Assembly: GCA_965112735.1 (NCBI GenBank)
Contig: OZ218957.1
Coordinates: 1,240,001-1,304,000, forward strand
DNA: 64,000 nt
DNA from: Phaeosaccion multiseriatum
Taxonomy: Eukaryota > Protista > Ochrophyta, other classes
Reading direction: 5' to 3'
A model generated the notes under the pieces. It saw nothing but the letters and a program-made list of their open reading frames with translations, made no database searches and was not told the origin of the DNA. A program made the translations under genes and the position numbers. Numbering within the stretch: the first letter of the stretch is position 1; each line of letters begins with the position of its first letter. Shown one piece after another: positions 1 to 12,846 of this stretch.

Positions 1-299
1 GCGCGCGGTTCGCCGCCCCCACGCGGGCAGGCAGCCAGACAGGCGCGTCTGCCCATTTTCTGGCCTGAACCGTAGCCTACTACTCCACGGCGCTACCGGA
101 GGCGATGGATGAGCCACGACTTAGCTGCGCAGGGCGGCAGGGTTGTGCCACGGAGGGGTGGTTCCTTTTGCCGGAGTTTCCTCGCGTTGGACCGAGGAGA
201 AAGCGTAGCCAGTGCTTTTCTCCCTACACCCTCGCACGAACACAGCAAAAACAGAACCGACACAAATGGGGCAGGAGAAAATTCTCTTGCTCTCTCCTT

Positions 300-843
300 G
301 CATGCCCCCAAAGGTCCGATTCCTCATTGGTGCGGTTTCTTCTAAAGCTAACGCATTGGGTAGGCCCGTCACGACGCTCGAAAACTCCAAGGCTGGAAGA
401 CCTCGAAACCCTTGGTTTACAAGAGATCCGCCGCCTTCTTTGCACGCATGCCCCTTGTGCAGTGAAAGTAGATCTTCGCGCTTTGAGTCATCGGCACCCC
501 CGAGAACCGATCAACAGGAAACGTACCGGGCTGGAAGGCCCAAGTCTTTGGGTCCACCCATGCCCCGGCCGACAAAACAGACAGCGGGAAAGAGAGGCAT
601 CGGCATGATACCCGCTTGTCCACTCATCGACTTCGCGCACGTCTAGCATGAACGCCTTGCCCTCGGCTCCGATCTCTCTACCCTTTCCCGGATGTCGTCT
701 GGCTGCGCCGCCCCCAGCCGCACGCAAGCGCCCCTACGAATATCCGCGCCCCAGCCCGAGCTGGGGCGGCAACTGGGAGCGAAGACCGTCGTCGATGTAA
801 CTACGAAGGCCGTTGTTGGTGAGAACAAAAATAGCGCCACCAT
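300..843 (-). pseudogene. Plastid-targeted rhodanese/sulfurtransferase-like gene broken by frameshifts and an in-frame stop (pseudogene or sequence errors)
   Basis: Signal peptide MVALFLFSPTTA-FVV (ATG 843). Rhodanese pieces lie in different frames: 'AFMLDVREVDEWTSGYHADA' (ORF 488..727), 'FPLSVL...KIYFHCTRGMRAKKAADLL*TKGF' (ORF 417..623, TAA at 417-419), then 'LEFSSVVTGLP' (ORF 121..390). No intron-sized gaps between pieces. 3' end approximate. Confidence 0.65.
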
Positions 844-1074
844 AGTAGCGGAGGCCCCGCTATGCCATGCAAACGCCCTGCGCCGATCGCGTCCTGCATC
901 TCGATTTTATATCTCTACAGCCGTCCGAACAGTTGCAGCAGCGAATAGCAAAGCAAAGGGGGGAGTGAGACAGAGAGAGGGAGAGAGAGAGGATGAGAGA
1001 GCAGAAAAGATACGTAATACGTGGAAGATACTTTACTTTTAGTTCTTCCCACACACTGTTTGCCTTGTAGTAAG

Positions 1075-4000
1075 ATGGAGGAGCAGATCTCCTTTGAGGC
1101 CGTTCCGGGCTCCAGTCTGTTGGAGACCGAGTTGTTTAACGACGATGCTTTGCTCAGGCTCTTTGCTTTCAGCGGAGGAGGCGCAGACGACTTTGTTGGG
1201 TGGGCACAGAACCTTGGCCAGAAGGTCGAAGTGGAGGTGGTTCGCGTCCGGATACCGGCTCCAGCAGCGGAAGCTGGGCAGGTGCTCGATGGTGTCATCA
1301 AGGACTTGCTCGCGTGCATGAGCAGCTGTCCTTTTTCTTTTTGGGGGCACGGCGAAGAGGGTGCCCACATGGCGCTTGTCGTGGCTGGGGAGCTGCAGGC
1401 TCGGGGGTTGCCGCTCCCTCAGAGACTGATCACGAGCTTTGCAAAGCCCAAGGGGTGTGGCGCTGAACTCGCACCCTTGGCGTGCCCATTGGTTGTCTTT
1501 GGGCTGCAGGAGGATGTCGTGTCAATGCAGGCGTGGGTGGATCAGACTCGCTCTGAGTTTGTGGTGTTGCCCGTCGCTGGTATTACGGAGGACACCATTG
1601 ATGAGGTTCTCAAGATCACGCCCGGTGCCGAGAACCCCTTGCTGGGGCACATGGCGTCTTTGATGGCATCCGACTCGAAAAATAGTCGCGAAGAAAGTGC
1701 CTCTCTCATCGACGCATGGAATTCCTCTAGCATGGCTTATCCGGAGAATGCCTGCCTACAGGATATGTTCCGCGACTCTCTGTCGGGACTGAAGGACCCG
1801 AATGCAACCGCGATATGGGCGGAATCCCGAAAACTGTCGTATGCAGAGGTTGACGCCCTAACAGACCAGTTGGCCAATTGGTTTTATGCTCAAGGTGTCC
1901 GCGTGGGTAGCGTCGTGGGAGTCTTTATGAATCGCAACGCGGAGTACGCACTCTCCGTTTTGGGAGTGTTAAAGGCTGGTGGAGCCTACATGCCTATTGA
2001 AACAGTTTTGCCCGTGGATCTCCTGCGCAGTGTGTTGGAGGAGGTGAAGCCTGTGGTCGTTGTGACGCAAAGCAACCTTCGGACTCGCTTGCCCTTGACC
2101 CAAGCGTGCTTGCTCATGGATGCTACTCCTCCTTCTACTCTGGGGGAAGGAGAATCGTGGCAAGAAAGAGTGGCCTGTGCCCCGGCCCTTCCTCTCTCGC
2201 GAGAGATGCCAACACCGGACTCGCAGGCATATGTCGTCATGTCCTCCGGGACCACTGGAACGCCAAAGGGGATCTGCTGCCCTCACAGAGGGGCTGTACA
2301 CTCGTACTACTACCGCTTGCTCGAGTACCCCTACGAAGAGGACGACAGGGAGGCCTGCAACGTGTTTTTCGTGTGGGAAATGCTTCGCCCCCTTTTGGGA
2401 GGTACCAAGGGAGCGGGAGGCGCCACGCCTGCCCTCTACGTCATCCCGGACGATCACATTTACAATCCCGTCAAGCTAGTGGAATTTCTTGGCAAACATC
2501 GCATCACCAGAATGCTTTTCACCCCAAGTCTCTTGCAGCTAGTCTTGAGCAGCTGCAGCGTCGACCAACTGAAGCAAGGAATGAAGAGCATGAGGATTGT
2601 GTGGCTCTGTGGAGAGGTGGTCAGCATCGATCTTTGCACTCAATTTTGCAAGATTCTTCCGGGATGTCAGCTCGTCAATCTCTACAGCATCAGCGAGTGC
2701 CACGACATTGGATACGCCGATCTCACGTCGGTCGACACGAGGGAGTCTCCCAAGTTTGCGCCATGCGGGAAAGTGATTCCGAATGTGACGGCGTACATTG
2801 TGGACGACAACATGCGTCAGGTAAGCTCCCCACCGGCACACACAGACACGCATATATCTCCTGTGAGAAAGCCCCTAACAGCGCAAACTGCGCTCCCATA
2901 CGTAGGTGCCCGTGGGCGTTCCGGGACGCATGTTCATAGGTGGTCCTTGTCTTGCCTTGGGCTATCTGAACATGCCAGTCAAGACGGCGGAGAGGTTCGT
3001 GGCATGCCCCTTCGTTCCAGCTATTGGCGGTTCGCAGCCCCTCATGTATGACACTGGAGACCGATGCCGGTTCCTGCCAAGCGGGAGCATAGAGGTGGGC
3101 ATCTTTGTGCGCAGACAAACTCGCTCTCTCTTCCCCCCCCTTTTATCTCTCACGCCCTTTTCTTGTCTCGTGTGTATCGTGCTCGCCTAGGTGCTGGGGA
3201 GGTGCGACTTCATGGTGAAGATTCGCGGATATTCGGTGGTCATTGGGGCTGTCGAGACGGCCATTGCGGACCACCCACTCGTCTCTACGGCGTGCGTGCT
3301 GACAGAGGTGAGTTTCCCCCCTTCTCAAATCGGAGTCCAGCAGCCTCAACTGGTTTGTAACGCGCACCACGCACGACGTACATTAGGGCGAGGAGGGCTC
3401 CATGACAAAGAGACTGGTGGCCTACGTCGTGCCGGCCGATTGGGAGCGTCTCCCCTCGGTGCAGAGCATCCAGATCTTCATCAAGACCAAGCTGCCGCCG
3501 TACGCGGTCCCAAGTGTGTTCATCTTGCTGGACGCTATTCCAATCAACATGGCGTCTGGGAAGCTGGACCGCCGGAAGCTTCCAAATTCGGAGAGTGGCA
3601 CAGCGAGAAGGCTTGACGGGGACTGGGCGGGGGATGCAGGTGGTGGAGGAGCGGGGGTTAACTCCGCTGCTGCTCCTGCCGGCGATGAGCCGACTTCGTG
3701 TGATCCCCCGAGCTCAGCCACCGAGAAACGGGTGTCCGAGATCTGGGCTGCCCTTCTTGACATGAGAGTGGCCACAATCGAGCGCAGCCACGACTTCTTT
3801 GACCTCGGGGGACACTCTCTGTTGCTCATCAAGTGCTGCGAAGCGATTGAAAAGGCCTGGAAGGAGGAGCAGGAAGTCGACATCTCTGTCTCCATCGAAG
3901 ACATCCTTTCCCGGCCAACTTTGGCTGACCTCGCCGCCCACATCGACCAGGTGGCGGGCACAGGGGATGGGACGTTCATCCCCCCAGATGGACCGGTTCG

Positions 4001-5597
4001 CCGCCCACGAAGCGCCAGCAAGTAAGATGTCGTGTTGGAACGGGCTTTCTGGCACGGCGCTATCTAACCCTGTTGCTGCTGCTGCTGCTCCCTTTCTTCT
4101 CTCTGTGCGTGACAACAGCACGGCCTCCGACGTGCCCATGACGAGTGGCGCAGACACTGTGGACATTGCAGCCGAAGCCGCTCGCCTTGATCAGTCCATT
4201 TTCCCCGCTCCGACTAGGAAACAGGGCTATGCGCGACTGAGGAGTGCTGACTTCCACAGACCGCCCTTCAGGGTGCTCCTGACGGGCGCTACGGGATACC
4301 TTGGAGTCCACCTGCTCTCTGCCCTCCTTACCGACAGTGAGGCGGAGGTTTTCTGCCTGGTGCGAGCGGCAGATGAGCACGCAGCAATGTTGAGAGTGGA
4401 GAGCGCATTGAGCGAGTTCGGCTTGCTCGGCGCGGGGAGTGCAGAGGACGGGGAAGACAGCGGCGGTCTGCAGCCGGATCACCTGGCGCGAATAGTGCCT
4501 ATTCCCGGCGATCTCTCTCGGCCATTACTTGGCATGACAGATGGAGACTTCAAGCAGCTGGCAGGAGAATTGGATGCCATCATCCACAACGGCGCGGCCG
4601 TCAACCTCGTGCGGTCGTACACGAGCCTGAAAAAGGTCGGTTTGTTTCGTAGTTCGTTAATTCACCGCTCTTGCCCTCCCCGCGTCCGTCTAATCCTCTT
4701 CTCCCCTCTTGCTGCAGGTGAATGTACTGGGCACACAAGAGGTGCTGCGTCTGGCTGTGACCAATGGGATCAGCACCCGGGTCAAGCCCGTCCACTACGT
4801 CAGCACCAATGGCGTCTTTCCCTTCGCAGACTCGGCGCAGTCCGTCTTTCTCGAGGACGCAAACATGGCCGAGGCGTGGCGTCACCTCCACGACGGTTAC
4901 GGCCAGAGCAAGTGGGTGGCCGAGAGCTTTTGCAGGTTGGTTCGTCCACACGTTTCTTCGCATCGCCGTCTGTGTATTAAAAGTCCTAACCCTTTGTCTA
5001 CTTACAACAACCAGGGATGCGCGAGGGCGAGGTCTTCCCGTTTCGATCTACAGACCCGGCAATATGGCGCCGTCCTCGTCTCAGGGAGCGTGGAACCAAA
5101 GCGACTTCATCTACCTGCTCCTGCGGGGCTGTGTGGAGCTCAAGGCCTTCCCAGACGAGGCGTGGAAGCTGGACATGACGCCTGTGGACTTTGCTGCCCG
5201 CGCAATTGTGGACACGGCCGTCCTCAAGCCCGCCAAGGCGCTTGGGAAGGTGCTCCACGTCCAAAACCCAAAACCCAGCGTGCGATTCTCAGACGTCGTA
5301 CAGTGGCTGGAGGCGTCGCTGCAGGTGACCATGGAGGGCCTTCCCTTGGACGCCTTCAGGGAGCGACTGAGCGCGGCCGTCGATGCCATGGACGTGGAGC
5401 GCCGAGACAGCTCAGCCACAGTTCTGCCGCAGCTCCTTGCTGGAATCGGCAGCTTCGGCCAATACCTGGCCTCCGATGCTAGAATGGATTCGAAAGAGCT
5501 ACATAAGCAGCTCAAGGGGACAGGCATTACGTGCCCTCCAGTCGACGCTGCCCTCATTGCCACCTACGCCAAAGGTCTTTTGCACGAGCCACAATAA
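1075..5597 (+). CDS. NRPS-like reductase: degenerate thioesterase - adenylation - PCP - thioester reductase (TE*-A-T-R), ATRR/glycine-betaine-reductase-like A domain
   Basis: Exons 1075-2820, 2906-3094, 3191-3307, 3387-4021, 4119-4635, 4718-4935, 5015-5597 join in frame at GT-AG sites. Motifs: SSGTTGTPKG (A3), YDTGD (A7), GRCDFMVKIRGY (A8), SGKLDRRKL (A10), DFFDLGGHSLL (PCP Ser), VLLTGATGYLG and GYGQSKWVAE (R domain). Confidence 0.92.
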
Positions 5598-5608
5598 AGT
5601 CTTTTCTC

Positions 5609-6423
5609 TCAAGACGGCCTCAAGGAGTCGACTGCCGCCTCGCCATTGGCTTTTCCCTCCTCCGGGTCGCTCGCAAATTTGTGCAGCCAATCGTCTGCCG
5701 ACCAAACAGCTGTGTTGCTCCCGAGCTTATGCGCTGCGGGCCGCGCCTTGTTTACGCGCAACACCCTGACCAGTTTTCAGCGTAGAAGGAGCACAAGAGA
5801 GAGAGAAGAGTTGCATTAGACGTGTAGAAAGCGCAACAGTGCTGCCTCAGGATTGTTTTTTGTGTGTGGTGTGGCTGAGCCTAGCAGGGGAGGAGGGTGT
5901 AAAGTGAAAGGAGGTGACAGGGGCCTCCTTTGGATAGAAGACTACAAGATGACACTTTCCGTATTGAAACTCACTCCCTTTCATTAAGCTCAGGCTGTAC
6001 TCCGAGTGGAGGAGAGGGTTGGGTGGGAAGGTGGTGTGGTGGCGTTGAGGGACCAGCGGCCAGAGAAGAGGAAGAGGAAAGACTCTTGTCCCTCTATCTC
6101 TCCCTCTCAAGTAGGCAGTCACGCTTCGTTTGTTTCTTCTCGCTGAACTGATGAGAGAAGCCACCCCCCCCCTTTCCCCTCTCTTACCTCCCAAAGAGCT
6201 CCGCCCCGTCCATGTTCTCGATTGCGTCGGCCGCATCTGTGTCGTCTTCGAACTCCACGAAGCCAAACCCCCTATTCTTGCCCGTCTCCCAGTCTTTCGG
6301 CACGTGCACTTCCACCAGGTCGCCGAACGGGATGAACGCTGCGTGGAGCGTCTCCTCTTCGATCTTCTCCTCCAGCCCTCCGACATAGAGCGTCCGCTTC
6401 GGTTCCTTCCCTCCTCCAGACAT
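5609..6423 (-). CDS. Stand-alone RRM protein of the cyclophilin E (PPIE/Cyp33) RRM type, no PPIase domain
   Basis: Exon 6423-6188 'KRTLYVGGL...AAFIPFGD...RGFGFVEFE...[12 protein letters not shown]' joins exon 5765-5609 '[10 protein letters not shown]...AVWSADDWL...LRPS*'. Confidence 0.85.
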
Positions 6424-6830
6424 TGGGAAGATGTTTGCTAGGAAGAGAGGGTGGGTATGAGGAACCGGGAGCAGCTCAGCGGAGAGCAGGGAGGAGAGAC
6501 AGGAAGGAGGTGGAGAGGAGGAGGGTTTGAGGGTTTTCAGATAAGATTACGTAACGGAGGGAAAATACAATTATGTCGACCACAGGCGACCGGCAGTGGA
6601 CGGCCGGGCCAACCATCAGCTGCCACCGCCGGCGTGAGCTACTACCGGGTCCTCCAGCACGTAGGGGTCGATCGTTATAGAGGCCTCGATTTACATTTGA
6701 CTACCTATAGGGATGAAGCTCTTTTCTCATCGTATGGGGGCCATGCTAGTACCCCGCGATGGACCGCACCTAAGGAAACCTTCAACTAAACGTACTACAA
6801 GATACGCTTTTTATGGACAACACACAGTCC

Positions 6831-8447
6831 TTACGCCGTGTCCGCCTCCTCCTCCTCCTCCCCTTCCTCCCTCGTCTCTGCCTCCAGCTTGGCTGCTGCC
6901 GCAATGAGCGCTTCCTGCTCCACGGCAGGGTGGAAGGGAGGGGAGGGAGGGAAGGAAGGACGCGCGTAAGGGGCAAAGCGCACTGAAACGAACAAGCTTC
7001 TCTGACTCACCTTCTTTGCCTGCCTCTCTCTCTCTTTAAACTCCGCCCTGTCTGCCTTTGCTTCTTCACATTTTAAGGAAGATAGCACCACGGCACCACC
7101 AACAAGAGAGTCCACTCCTCTTCGGCACTCGGCAACTTGCGACACGGCGTCTCCGACCTTCCCCATAAGCCACGGGAGAAACACCTGCCCAATCTCTCGC
7201 TGCAGGGGGTCGAAAAAGGTGCCATCCTCCTGCGTGGACAAATAAATACACGGGGTGGGGGCATGCAGACGTGTAAGGTGAAAAGCCGCTGCAAGGATAA
7301 AAAGGTGGCCGCACACACCTCCATATCGTCAAACACGTCAGTGGCGAGTGATGCCAGGTAGTTGTGAGCGAAAGACCTCGCCGCAACCTTTTCCAGCAGC
7401 GCTTCTCGAGCCTTTCGGGCCTCCTGCAAGAAAGTAAGCAGCGGAAGGGGGGAGTATTAGTTGCGCGGGGTGCAGAGAGGACAAGCAAGAGTGCTGGCTG
7501 ACCGACCTGTTGCTGCCTCAGTCTCCGTTGCTTCTCGGCGAACTTCCTCTTGGCCTCTGCCTCGACTCTCTGCACTTCTGCCAGCTCCGCATTCCTCTGC
7601 TGGTTGAAGAGCTCCTGCCTCGACCGAATGGCAGCGAGCTCCTCTTCTTCGCACACCTCGAGCACGGAGAGCTCCACAGTCTTGCCCACGAGCACCTCCA
7701 GGATGGGCTCCACCTCGAGATCAAAGTCAAAGAGCTCACCCACTTCCACCTTTGGCACGGCAAGATGCAATTCAAACGAAAGGAGCTCTGCTGTAGAGGA
7801 GGAACTATGGGGGGGGGAGCAGCAGGCGGCTTCTTCTAACCTGTGTATTGGCGTCAACCCCAGTCTTGGTAGGTATGAACATGGGACTAGGCGGTCGATC
7901 TAGGAAAGCATCCGTCTGCGTCTCCATCTCCGCCTCCAGCGGTCGGTCCATGAGCTCCTCTAGGAAGTCGTCCGTCTGAACTTGCAGGTGCACCCTCCCA
8001 TTCACTGCGGGTGGAGTCCGTGGCATCATGGACAGCTCGGCCTCCTGCACGACAGGCGGGGAATTGGTCCAAAACCTTTAATTAGTACGCCACATGCCCG
8101 AGCCGAGATATACGAGCGACGTGAGGATGAGAGTCAAGTACTTGACCGACCTTTCTGCGCCGAAGAGCTTCCTTCCTCAGCGCTTGCTCGTGCTCGGCTC
8201 TCAGGCGCTCCGCCTCTCGAGCAGCGCTTTGTGTAACCACTTGTGCTGCAAACGTATTGCCCCTGATCACCCTTCTGTCGAACATGATGTTGTTGCCGTC
8301 CGATACGCTGTCCTCATCTCCGTACTGCTCTCTGTACTTTGGCTTCTGCATTCGCTTGCTGGGGACTGCCTGCGGCTCTGCAGAGTACACGAAGGCAGTC
8401 TGGGACTCTGCCCCGCCCCGCCCATTTTCTCTCGTGCTGCCCACCAT
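6831..8447 (-). CDS. RSPH3: Radial spoke protein 3 (flagellar)
   Basis: 'NIMFDRRVIRGNTFAAQV', 'QTDDFLEELMDRP...ETQTDAFLDRPPSPMFIPTKTGVDANTQ', 'ELFDFDLEVEPILEVLVGKTVELSVLEVCEEEEL', 'GTFFDPLQREI'; multi-exon. Confidence 0.93.
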
Positions 8448-8790
8448 GGTTGGTGCCCGCCTGGTGAAGACGAGTAGAACTGTAAACTCTTGCTTGTCCC
8501 CAATTGTCGTTACGTTACCATAGAGTGCCATCATTTCAATTTCAATTTCATGGCCGGACTCACAGATGACATATGATCGATTTTTTGATTTTCAATCACG
8601 TGAGGGAGGGTAAAGGTGTGCGTTAGCAGAAGAAAAAGAGACCAGCGGATGACCAGGGCGGAGTGAGGGGAGGATCAGAGAGGGAGAGACAGGAGGAGAT
8701 GCTCCCGCTTCAGCAGCTTGCCTTCTAACCCACTGCAGAGCGAGCTTTGCTTTAGAACAGCACTCAACAGGGGTGTAAAGGAGGTCTGCG

Positions 8791-10738
<1,948 letters not shown>

Positions 10739-10781
10739 TAAATATAGGATTACATACATACAGAATATTTAGACTTGCTAG

Positions 10782-12257
10782 CTAACATGCCGACAAAAGC
10801 CCCTTCGGTGGAGTGGCCTCCGAAACCACTGGATTCGCGCCCAGATGTCTCTTTAAGTCCATCGTGTGGGCTCGCAATCTCGTGTCCGGTAGGCTCTCTG
10901 CACTGCTAAGCCATCGCCTTACTGACTCCGTCTCTTTGGCCGCTCGTCGAACATCCTCGTAGGAGGAACAAGAGGAGGAGATCCTTGCACACTCCCTCCG
11001 GGCCTCAATGGCTTCAATGTCGTTTGCACTACCATTCGCTGCCAGGTCAAGGATGATGGGCAGCACCCCCGTCTCCGCGATTAGCCTCTGGCACTCCGGT
11101 AGATCCGAGAGGTTGGCTATGGCTTTCAAACAAAACGTGCGTGACTGGCAGGGATGCTTGGCCTTTGTCAAGTCGGCAAGGCCTGACACCACCCCCTCCC
11201 AGGCCATGTCACTGCCTGCCATGTCACTGCCTGCTACTGACGATGTCAGTTTGGACAGCAGCTGGGCCCCCATGAGATTCGTGTCCGGGTGGGAGTCAGC
11301 GCTCAACATCTTCGCCAACGACGACACGTACGCACTTTCGCCCACAGTACTACTACTCTCGAGATTGCTGGCGTCTGGCACTGGCAGAGCCTGGCGCAAA
11401 CCAAGCCCACTGTCCTGGGAGTAGCTTCGTCGAATATGCCGTGGAATCATCAACGGCGGTAGCTTGACTTCGAAGCCTGCTTCCCTAACATGGCCGCACA
11501 TCTCCCCAAACAGCCGCCGGAAGTCAGCTCGGTCCCCCTGCCTCAGAGTAATCTCCACGACGAGCCTCTCTGCTGACTGTGCCCCTTTGTAGACCACCGC
11601 CGAAATGCCTACAAAGGAAGAAGCCGAGTACCTCGACCCGCTCCAACTCGAATCGCTACACTGAAAAGCTATGTCCACTCCCTCCTTTCGGAAAGAGGAG
11701 GTGATGCAGTTACAGAGTACATCAAGCTGCCCCGTGACTTCAAAGTAGCAGTTCGGAATAAGCAAGAAGGGGAAAGACGGAAGATCTTTCGCGGCCCACG
11801 CGCCCTTCTCCGTAGGCATTCGCGGAAAGTCGTAGTAGCTCCCATCCTCATCTCCTGGTGCTCCTACTGCTGCTGGCGGTGGTGCTGCTGCTGCTCCTAC
11901 TGCTGCTGCTGCTCCTACTGCTGCTGCTCCTCCCGCCGCTGCTAGTGGCGCACTCCGCACCCTCGGCTCTACGCCCAGCGTGACTGACGCAGGAGGAGGA
12001 GTGGTAACTGCGGGAGAATCCCACTTACCACGTGCCAGTGCTGCAGCAGCAGGGGGAGGGGGAGGTACCACTGCTGCAGAAGCACGAGGAGGTGCTGCCG
12101 ACGCTCCCACTGCGGCTGCTGAGAAATCCCCGGACGAAGCAGCGTCCGTTCCCGTCACTGCTGAGAAATCCACGGGCGAGGCAGCATCCGCAGATGGGCG
12201 TGACGAAGAGCCGCGCTTCTTTTTGCTAAGGGCCCGAAGCTTGTTGAGCTTGTCCAT
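10782..12257 (-). CDS. Intronless 491-aa protein: Ala/Pro-rich N-terminus, KA1-like domain, ARM-like C-terminal repeats
   Basis: Uninterrupted ORF. 'VVYK...LVVEITLRQGDRADFRRLFGEM' resembles the KA1 domain end; 'CLKAIANLS...IAETGVLPIILDLA...ARRECARI' is ARM-like. Confidence 0.6.
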   Translation of the reverse strand: MDKLNKLRALSKKKRGSSSRPSADAASPVDFSAVTGTDAASSGDFSAAAVGASAAPPRASAAVVPPPPPAAAALARGKWDSPAVTTPPPASVTLGVEPRVRSAPLAAAGGAAAVGAAAAVGAAAAPPPAAVGAPGDEDGSYYDFPRMPTEKGAWAAKDLPSFPFLLIPNCYFEVTGQLDVLCNCITSSFRKEGVDIAFQCSDSSWSGSRYSASSFVGISAVVYKGAQSAERLVVEITLRQGDRADFRRLFGEMCGHVREAGFEVKLPPLMIPRHIRRSYSQDSGLGLRQALPVPDASNLESSSTVGESAYVSSLAKMLSADSHPDTNLMGAQLLSKLTSSVAGSDMAGSDMAWEGVVSGLADLTKAKHPCQSRTFCLKAIANLSDLPECQRLIAETGVLPIILDLAANGSANDIEAIEARRECARISSSCSSYEDVRRAAKETESVRRWLSSAESLPDTRLRAHTMDLKRHLGANPVVSEATPPKGLLSAC

Positions 12258-12846
12258 TCTATTCCCCCGTGCTTTCTTCTGCTGCCTCTGCGACTCCGAG
12301 AAGAGGAGCTATAGCACGAGCAAATGAATGGAGGAGGAGGAGGAGGAGGAGGAGGAGGAGAAAGGTGGGATGGGGAGGAGGAGAGTTCGTCATGCAAATG
12401 CTATCGCACTTTGAGAGGAGCGTGACGACACAGAGGGAGAGATGAATGAACCCAGCGCTCCGTGCGAGAGAGGACGCGGCCCACCTCTCAACTCTCATCC
12501 CTCAACCCCCCCCCCCCCCTCACCCGTCACACCCCGCCCCGCTGCCCCGCCCCGCCCCCCCGAGTCGACTCACCAATTTTTGCCGAACGAGAGTTATCGC
12601 CTCTACTACTAGTTGAGCTCACTCTTCTCTTCCCTCGTCTCCCTCTTCCTCCGTGCTTTCTTCTCAAGAGGGGCCTGTTGAAGGGGGCTGTGCCCTGCCG
12701 CCACAACACCCCCGCCCCTCTATGGAATACGGCGCGTTCCTTCTATTGTTAGTATGGAACGCTCTCGAAGCTGAAACTGAAACTGAATCGGGCCTTTGAT
12801 GCTTTTGGCCGACATAGGGCCCAATATCTCGCATTATCTATCTGAT

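Noticed and set aside
1075-5597. Lys2 alpha-aminoadipate reductase, or a secondary-metabolite gene cluster
   Set aside because: The pocket lacks the amino-binding Asp and matches the ATRR pattern; neighbours are housekeeping genes with no tailoring enzymes or PPTase.
8530-8552. Oomycete-like INR/FPR core promoter (tcatttcaatttcaatttca)
   Set aside because: Only a loose match and a simple 6-bp repeat; cannot be supported without TSS data.
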